Source: the human T2T-CHM13v2.0 reference genome, Homo sapiens. From it: DNA of 64,000 nt. The translations under genes were made by a program, and so were the position numbers. Location: the NCBI RefSeq assembly GCF_009914755.1, contig NC_060931.1. One strand, 5' to 3'. The notes under the pieces were generated by a model, which was not told where the DNA came from, made no database searches, and worked only from the letters and a program-made list of their open reading frames with translations. Below are positions 54,568 through 64,000 of this stretch, piece by piece; within the stretch, counting starts at the first letter, position 1; each line of letters opens with the position of its first letter.

Positions 54568-54711
54568 ACTGGGCATGGTGGCTCATGCCTGTAATTCCAG
54601 GACTTTGGGATGCTGAGGTAGGCAGATTGCTTGAGCCCTGGAGTTTGTGACCAGCCTAGGCAACACAGTAAGACCTTATCTCTATATTAAAATTAAAAAA
54701 AAAAAAAAAAA
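54568..54711 (+). mobile_element. Free left Alu monomer (FLAM-like) inserted in the LTR
   Basis: Single monomer with A tail; diverged TSD aaact(g/t)tttgcac. Confidence 0.85.
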
Positions 54712-54789
54712 GACAGAAAAGAAACTTTTTGCACCAATGTACATTTTGTCCTTCTGGAAGTCTGGAATTTTATTATGTGCAATGCAGAG

Positions 54790-55272
54790 ACCTGCATACC
54801 TAACCCTTCGGCCCACTAGACTCTGTGTCCTCTTGTAAGCTGTTCTGTTTAGGCAGTTGCAACTCTTATGTGATTATGTGAAAAGTGCTTATGTGAAAAG
54901 GCCTCAATAAAAACCCTGGACACTGAGTCCAGTATTCCTTCCACATGTGTTTCACAGTACTTTGCTGGAGGAATTAGGCACATCCTGTGTGACTCTCCTG
55001 GGAGAGGACTCTTGGAAGCTTGTGCCTGGCCTCCTCCAGACTTTGTGCCATGAGCCCTTCCCTTTGTTGATTTTACTTTGCATCCTTGTGTTGTAATAAA
55101 CTATAGATATTAGCACTATACACTGAGTCCTGTGTGTCCTCCTAGTGAATCACTGAACCTGGGGTGGTCTTGAGGACCCCTGATATGTTCCTCTCCTCCC
55201 AGATAAGGACTCCTGCTATTTCTTCCTCTGTCAATGACAGTATCTTTTCCCAAGAAGAAAAAAAGTGCTTCT

Positions 55273-55318
<46 letters not shown>

Positions 55319-55471
55319 CTTAAGTGCTGAATTTTGATGTCCATGTGTTTACTACTACAGGGCCAGCAACAACCCCCACAGTCCCCAACACCTGAGAGTT
55401 GCAACCGCCTAAACAGAACAGCTTACAAGAGGACACAGAGTCTAGTGGGCCAAAGGGTGAGGTATGCAGGT
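54790..55471. repeat. 77-bp inverted repeat (54790-54866 and 55395-55471), 74/77 identical, 528-bp spacer
   Basis: Direct base-by-base reverse-complement comparison. Confidence 0.95.
55274..55315. repeat. (CA)~21 microsatellite
   Basis: Seen directly. Confidence 0.95.
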
Positions 55472-56789
55472 ATTTTCCAAGATGATGCTAAACTGTTCAA
55501 TATGAAATAAGATGGCACCAAAACTGCAGAAATGACTTCACATTGCAGCCATTTGAAAAGCTCCTCATCATCCCCCAAGCCATTTTTCAGGGAGCAAAAA
55601 AAGGCTACAGCGACACCTTGTGGCTACTGTGTGGGAAGGAAAAGAGCAGCAGAAGCCGGGGTGAGACCCGAGTGCCTCTGTCCAGTCCGGTATCACGCTC
55701 TGCTGAGGGTCACCTCCCATCCGGATTTTTGCTCCATTTTCTAACTTGTCCCTCCACTGATAGTCTGTTTCTCCCTTTATTCCTCACTCTATCCTGGGCA
55801 CTGCCACCCGGTGAAATGATGCTTTCTAAGTTTCTGCCTCCCATTCAAAATACTTGAATGACACTTCTTTCCTTACAGATTAACAGAACAAGCTCTTCAT
55901 GCAGGTATTCAGGGCCATCCATAATCTTCCCACCAATTTTCTGACATCTATCTTCCACTCCTTTGCATTATAAATTCCTGTCCGCAGTGAGACAGGTCTA
56001 CTCATATCCACAATATGTTTTATTCTTTTATAGTTCTATTTATTTATTTATTTTTGGCTGTTTCTTCACTCCCAACATACCATCTAGAAACCTACCCCCA
56101 TTTCATATACAGTATCTAAATTTTGCTTCCACTAAAAAATCTACAAGAGTCTTCCAAAATAACCTCAACTCACTGTGACCTCTCCTTGTACAGGCTTGCC
56201 TTGCCTCGTACCTACCCTTGCCATTATAAATAGCTGCCCTATGTGGCTGGTTATTTTGTGTGCACATGTATTATCTCTCAATGGAACTGTAAGTTCTTTG
56301 AAGGCAGTCAGTCCTTGTCTAGTTCTTAGCAAACTGGCATAGTTCTTTGAACATCATAGGCATGCCATGATATTTTCTGATTAATTGAACAAAAAGTTGC
56401 TGCTATTCTGTCATGATCTAATTACAAACTTCACGCTATCCAGACATTATAAGCCTTACCCAAGCCACCTGAAAATGTTTCCTCACAGCATCCTTCCAGG
56501 CAAAAAAACTAACCCCTACAGCCACTGCAAAGATGGTAGGATTCCGATGTTCATTTTTAAGTCCACAATATTAAAATGCGGCATGGATAAAAATCAATAC
56601 AGTAGAATTTGTGGCAAGACAGCAGTAGTAGCCACAACTAGAGGTCTGCTAAATGTTACAGTTTTAAATGTATCATTATTAAGTCTTAAATGCAATCACC
56701 AGGCCACCATTCTCTCCACTTAGATATCAGATGGCTGTGCATGAAACAAAAGCTGAGGAGAGACGGCAAAGCTCAGAACCATTCTTGGA

Positions 56790-56935
56790 TCTTCTTGTTG
56801 GCTGAGTGATCTTAGGCAAATCACTTAACTCTTCTAACTTCCTCTTTCATGAGAAAATGGGAATAATAATACAAACCTCTCCTATAACACTAAGTGGTTA
56901 TAAGCATCAAATGAGGCCATGCATTTAAAACTCTT
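56790..56935. mobile_element. MIR relic
   Basis: gtgatcttaggcaaatcacttaactc...aaaatgggaataataatac. Confidence 0.75.
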
Positions 56936-59900
56936 TATAACACTTTACCTACTTATGTATTTAATGTGTGTTTATATAAAGCTAAGGAGTGCTTTTATTG
57001 CCAAGATCTATGAACAAGAATCTCTTCCACCATCTCGCCGAGAAAGCTTTCTGGTGTCTAATATGTGACTAAGTGATGCTCTACTCAATGATATAGGGTG
57101 AGTGTATCTAGCCCCACCTCGCTACTAAGTATTAGCCCTCTGGTTTTTGGGAGAGAATAGATACAATACACTGTGGTACTAACAGCCAGACCGATACTAG
57201 AAACAAACAATAAGGCCAATCACAATTGGGGCACTGGGCACTACACTTATGCAGTATTGTGGCAGGGCCCTTGGCAATGAGCCTGGTGGTAATCAACTCT
57301 GTGCTTTGTTTTAGATTCTTGTCTGGCAGACTCACAGCAACCATAGCTTCGGGCTTATCATCTAACACAGAGACATAAATAGAGCACATCAGAGCCTTCA
57401 TGGACCAAGTTCCCATTAAACCACCTGCTATAGGAAGACTCTGGCCAGGCTCTCAGCATGCCAAAATGAACCAGATTCCCAATTACTCATTTTTAAATGT
57501 TGGCCCAAATCTGCTAATATGGTACTGACAGATGCCCTGACTGAAGTTCAACCGACTCTGTGATTTTTAAGAGCTGTTTAGTTCAGTACCGTCAAAGAGG
57601 AAAATAGGGATGGGAGGCCAGATGCTTTGGATCCAACTGACTTCAGGATTAAAAATACCAAGAACATTGAGGAATAAGGTCTTTTTTTGTTCTTTGGGAT
57701 TTTTCAATCAAATTGAGCCTTTGGAATAAAGTTTAAACCAGATTTATTCTGAGTACTAAAGTTTTGTTGCCTTCTGACTTCTTCTGTCATCTAGGGCAGG
57801 TACCAGAGGGCACTCAGTTTTACAGCCTTGGCTGAAACCAGAAAAAAAAAGGGCTTGACTTAAGATAAGCTGAATTTATTTCATTATTTCTGTATTTAAC
57901 TTTGTTTGGGGTGAGAGAATATTCTGACCATAGGCTGATTCCCTATTTGATCTGATTTGATCCAACACAAGAGTTGATATTCCTCCTACCTCCAAAACTT
58001 TAAACAACAAAATAAACCTCTCCATATCCACTAGCGTGTCCAAGGCTCACAAAGTATTACAAAGGACAAACCCATGGAATTATAAAATAAGACTGACTCA
58101 ATTTGCTTTCGTTAATATTTATCTTAAAACACAGAACTCCAAACATTTCTACACAAATACTTCCTATGATTTTTGAAAAAAAAAAAGTACTTTTATGTAT
58201 TTTATATTTCATCTCTAAAATGTTTATCATACATTTAATTAATGGCAAAGTTAAGTTTCTAGCAAAATAAGATGAAAATTTTAAAATCAAACTGTTGGAC
58301 CACATATAAAGGTATTCTATGGGATAGCAATAACATAGTGATTTGGTACACACTAGTGTCAAGACAATTTTTCCATTTTCACTTTGCTTGAAGACCTCAA
58401 ACTGGTTGTGGTGTTTCAACATAATTGCTTCCAACCCTCCGAAGTTGACAAACAACTGTGATGTTTGGGCATTCCACCAGTGGAAGCAGATAAGCAACTG
58501 AGACCTTCACGTGACCCAGGTACAGACCCACACCAACCTAACTGAAAACTTTTTTCAGTGATAAAAAGTGGCATTTGTTTTAACCAACTATCTACTGACT
58601 TACGGACTATATCTGTCTTATCCAGAGTGTAGCCTTCAGTTTTTAACCAGCAAAACCCACCATAACCCAACTCCCTAATACATACACAAATTATTGGCTT
58701 TTTCCTTCAACAAATTATTCAGCCTAGTTTTCTGCTGATATGTGTACCCTTGCCTGGTAATGTGACTAATGTGAAACCTTGAAAATTAGGCTGGTTTGAT
58801 AATATGCCTTTTCCATAGTTTTCTCACAGTGTAAAAATGGTAGCATAATATTCTAGACTTTGCAAAACTAGGGTTTATTTACCCATAGAAAACCTAAGTT
58901 TTCTAAATTTCCTAAATTTTCTATACAAATTTTACTAGTCTTAAAATTGTTATAAATATTCAAGATCTTCAAAATGTAAACATATATATTCATCTATATT
59001 GGATTATAGTAAACAAGATCTTTATAATTTCTGACAGTGTTGCAAATTAGCTGAATCTAGATAGTTACTTTATTAGAATCATCTTTGAAAAATCTAAATG
59101 CATGTCTCTTGGATTTAATTACAATATCTTTTATGGCATTAATAAAAGACTCTGAAAGTTTTTCAGTGCCCTTACTGTCTATAATATTTTCCCGTTCCAG
59201 AGGAATCAAGGATTTATGTCCATAGATTGACATTTTTTTACCCCTCTGTATTCTAAATTCCTCCATTCTAATATTGTTGGTAATCACAATATATTATTAA
59301 TCAAAGCCAATCACCCCCATCATCCTGAGAAAGGTTTTGCTTTTTCCATTCATTTATCTGAAGGCTCCTGCTGCAAGCTATAGATCATTCAGTCTTCTGG
59401 GGAAAAACATCAAAAATTTAAGGCACAAGATTCTCAGTACAACTTAACAACTCTTACCACAAATGTGTCATGCTGTATGAAACAACTAAGGCATAGCTTC
59501 CACGATATCTTCATTTCAGAAGCAGATGCCTTCGTGGAAACAGACAACTTAACCCAAGACCTTGGAATTGAGATAGACACCTATAACAATGGCAACTGAT
59601 GTACATTTTAATTTACATTAACTATTTTTAGCTATAATATTTATATTTCATATTGCTATGACTATCCTGATATTAGGACAAAAATATTTTTTTCAGATAG
59701 TTAGTGCTATATTCAATAAGGCCAAAATCATATATGAACCTTTACCTGTTGGGTTTATATCTTTGTCCTAGAACACCAGGAAGGTTTCTTTTATGAAAGT
59801 ATTACCTTAGTAAGGCAACTAGCTATCATTATGACAATGCTGATCCATGAAAATTAATTTCCACCTCTGATTAACTCATAATAAACTTACCAATAAAAAT

Positions 59901-61527
59901 TATCATTTTAATGCTAATAATATTCACAAAGCAGGGTTTTTTTTGAAAAAAAGACTAGTTAAAATAGTTTAAATATTTTTGAAAGATAGGATTGATGTTA
60001 ACAGAGTTACCAATGACAAATCAGTTAAGCCACCTAACATATAATCTTGCCGATGGTGTGACATTACAGGAAATAATTGTCTTTACTCTTTAGCCTTAGC
60101 TCGTTGATTGCAGAAAATGCTCTTCTGCTGGTAGAATTATCTACACTTCCTTTTTGTGTAAACATAGACTATTTTGCTATACTAGTTCCCAGACAACTGA
60201 GAAGGAGACTTTAAAATTTCCCAGAATTACTCAGATTGTGCCCCTCCTTGCTTCATGAATTTATGTCAAGGTGACATTAGCATGTAATATATGCCTTAGA
60301 GGGAGAAAAGAGTCTGCTCTCTAGAAATAGTTTTGACTTCACTTTGGGGTTTTACTACATCTACTCTTCCCAGTAGTATCTCAAATGATCTAATAATCTT
60401 TGCAGAGCAATGTGCCTGATCAGGGAAGGTGAAGAGGCTGCTAAGAGTGAAAAAAACTACATCTCAAAAGAACTAGCTGCAGGACCTAATCACTATGTAC
60501 TAGCAGGAATGGGAGAGAGTGGGGGACTGGATCCTGAGGGTGAAGGATGAAAAAGGGCAGAACTTAGAGTTGGATAAAGGAGAATTTCCCATTGTGGGAG
60601 CACTAATCTATACTAGAGGATTTAACACATTATCAAGAACCCTAGAAGATGATAACACCAGGGTGCCTCTTGAAAATTTGAACAAAAAAAAAATGAACCA
60701 TGTTAAGTAAAGTAAAAATGCCTGAATTGCTGTGACAGAGGAAGAAGCAAACCAAATCTCAGAACTAGGCAGGCTAAAGCTGCTATATTAGGTACAGCTG
60801 AAAAGCCCATCAGCTGACTATGATCTGCCAGAGGCCCAAAGGACACTCCATTTACCAAAGCAATAAGAAATGTGCTGGTGAGAAGAGCACCAACATTGTT
60901 GGGAAGTTCAGAGGTGGCTCTCCCTCGTAGGTTAGACCTGATGCTAGGAAACACCTTACAGATTGGGCACTCTGACAGTAACTGGAATATAGAATTCTAA
61001 AATAATAGCACTAAACCATCAAAACAAAGTGGGTGCACTTACTGTAAGATTGAAGTTGCAAGGGGACTTGACCTAGAGAGCTATGGAAATGGTTAACATA
61101 GCATGACATCCCTACAAGAAAGATGGATTATCGGATAAAAGAGACATTCCTCAATTAATAGAATCAGAAGACATCAAGAATGGATGATCAAGAGAGATGA
61201 GGGCAGATGTTGCAATAAAAAGTCATAATCTTTTGCTCTGTTTCTCGACCTAAGCTAGTTTTCAAAGACAGAATCCATTGATTGAAGGAGAGGGTAAGTC
61301 CCCAGGAGAAGAATCTTACAATAACACAGCAAGAGTCTATGGTAACACTTTTCTGGTCTTTAACTAAAAGGACCTACATCCATTAACTTGGGTAGTTGTA
61401 TGCTGAGGAGAGAGAGAAATGTCCAAATATTCTAAAGACTAATGGACAACTGTACAAGTTGACATGTATACCCTGGGTATGAAGCAGCACCAGGTATCTA
61501 ATGGTCCCCTATTAAAATAAAGATACA

Positions 61528-62185
<658 letters not shown>

Positions 62186-64000
62186 GCAGGAGTCCTAGAC
62201 CAGGGCTGGTTTTCAGAGAGTCTACTGGTTCCACAAATCCATCAGTATTAATTTCCTTTGTCCTCAATTGTGTAAGTGGAGTGAACAGACTTGGAAACTG
62301 GCACAACCCCAAGACTGGTTTCTTGGTCTGTTGTGTAAGAGGAAGCCCAAGTGAAAGCTTCAAACCATCCTTCTAGCCATAACTAAATCAAAATCAATGT
62401 CACATTCTTAAGAAGTAATAGGCATTAAATTTATCTTAATTTTGAAAGCTCTGACGATGGTATTGTGTTTACATTTCCAAAATTATCTAAGTGCCACCCT
62501 TAAAGACTAAAGGAAGCAGGAGGCAGAGGTGGTGTACTCCAACATATCCCCATTTAATTCACCAGCTGAGATCCCATAAAACCAAAGACTGGAGAATGGT
62601 GCCTGAATATCACAAATTTAACCCAGTACACTCTATTTGCAGCCACTGTGCCAAATTTAGAATATTTCAGCCTTAAGTACATGACATTTGGCAAATGAAT
62701 TTTTTCCATCCCTCTCTGAAAGGAGAATTCAAAACTATTTGCAAGTGCTTTCAGGGTTAACAGTACATTTTTACAGGCATGTACCAGGGCTTTCAACTCT
62801 TCTGAATGTTATCCAGATCTAATGCAAAGGAACCCGAACTGTGTGAACATTCTGTAGAACATCATTTGGTCCACCATATCAGCAGCATCACATTAAAGCA
62901 GATGAGCAAGAAGTGGAAGGTACATCAGAGGTCCTGGTGAGAAGAAAGGTGGGACATAAGCCCTATGAAGAGTCAGGGGTCCCCCATGTCAATGAAGCTT
63001 CTAGGGGTCAGTAGTCCAAGGTATGCTAGAATATCCTCTCCAATCTAAAGAAAAAATTATTGCATTTCATAATTTAAACCACTAAGAATGAAACACAGCA
63101 CTTTATTTGGCCTTTCTGGGTTCTGGAGGCAGCACATTCTACATTTAGGAATGTGATCCATTTATTGGATGACATTAAATGCTGCCAGCTTAGAATGGGG
63201 CCCAGAGCATGAAACAGTGCTGCAGCAGGTCCAGCCTGCAATGAAAGAATCCCTGTCACTCCATGTGATTAGAAATTTAGAGAAGGAGAAAAGATGCCCT
63301 GTGATGCTTATAACAAGCACCAATAGGAAAATCAACACAGACTCTAGGATTCTGAAACAAGGTTGTGCTATCTGCAAGAGGGAACTATACACCTTTCAAA
63401 AATATTTTCTGGCAGGTTACTGTACTCTGGTGGAGAAATACCTGTCCATGAATCATCAGGTGTCATGAGCTGAGTTCTGTCAGATCACTACATCATAAGG
63501 TTGAGTGAGCCCAGCCTTAATCCATTGTTATAGTAAGTGGGACCATCTGAGATCTGGAACAAGCAGTACCAGGGATGCATGAGTAGGTGGCTCAGATCAC
63601 CCACATTATCCACTATTATTACAGTACCAGGTCTCTCATTCAACTCACCTCTGGAAAAATGGGAGTACTGAATGACGAGCTCAAAGAGGAGGAAAATGCT
63701 GAGATTGGTTCATGCATGGATCAACTTGGTATATACGTCCAGGCCAAAAGTAAACTACTGCTGCACTGAAGCCTACTCAGGAGTGGGTCCTAGAGACAGG
63801 AATAATAAGAAATCCTCCTCATGGGCATAACTTCAGGTGAAGCAAATTGTCATCCCATTTATGTGAAAAGATAGGTGGCTTGACATAGAATATATAATGA
63901 TGCACAGGCAGTGATAAATGGCAAGGCTGGTTGGCCAGGGCCCTGGAGGGAAACAGGAGGTCTAGGGAAGAGGTATAAGGAAGGACATATGAAAGTAAGT

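Larger units (their letters stand above)
54076..55186 (+). mobile_element. MER21-like solo LTR interrupted by an Alu, an Alu monomer and a templated insertion
   Basis: tgtgcagaaaagagttaacatagca start; gcttgcaaggttggcccttgg; aataaaaaccctgg; gggagaggactcttggaagcttg; gtcttgaggacccctga end. Family name recalled from memory. Confidence 0.75.

Noticed and set aside
58057-58497. 146-aa minus-strand ORF
   Set aside because: No recognisable domain or splice context; AT-rich composition typical of spurious ORFs.

Overview
Human (or great-ape) genomic DNA lying inside the diacylglycerol kinase iota gene (DGKI), which is transcribed from the minus strand. I traced 13 consecutive internal coding exons, probably exons ~7-19 (numbering recalled, not verified). 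All have GT-AG boundaries and compatible phases. Together they encode the end of the second C1 domain, the basic MARCKS-like/NLS segment, the DAGK catalytic domain ([19 protein letters not shown]) and the start of the accessory domain. The rest is intron containing 14 dimeric Alus plus a monomer, old L1 3' fragments, MIR/L2 relics, MER5/MER33/MER58/MADE2 DNA-transposon relics, a MER21-like solo LTR and a decayed ERVL gag-pol at the right edge. Repeat family names come from recalled consensus sequences, and their boundaries are approximate. I see no clear new gene system. The most unusual structure is a 77-bp near-perfect inverted copy of nearby apparently unique sequence inserted into the LTR, with a tandem-duplication scar at one junction (54790-55471). 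Also notable are dispersed duplications around the 6166-6228 and 7214-7269 exons that may include a decayed exon copy, and several splice-site architectures (NAGNAG, triple donor, UG-repeat-adjacent cryptic acceptors, candidate truncating exons).
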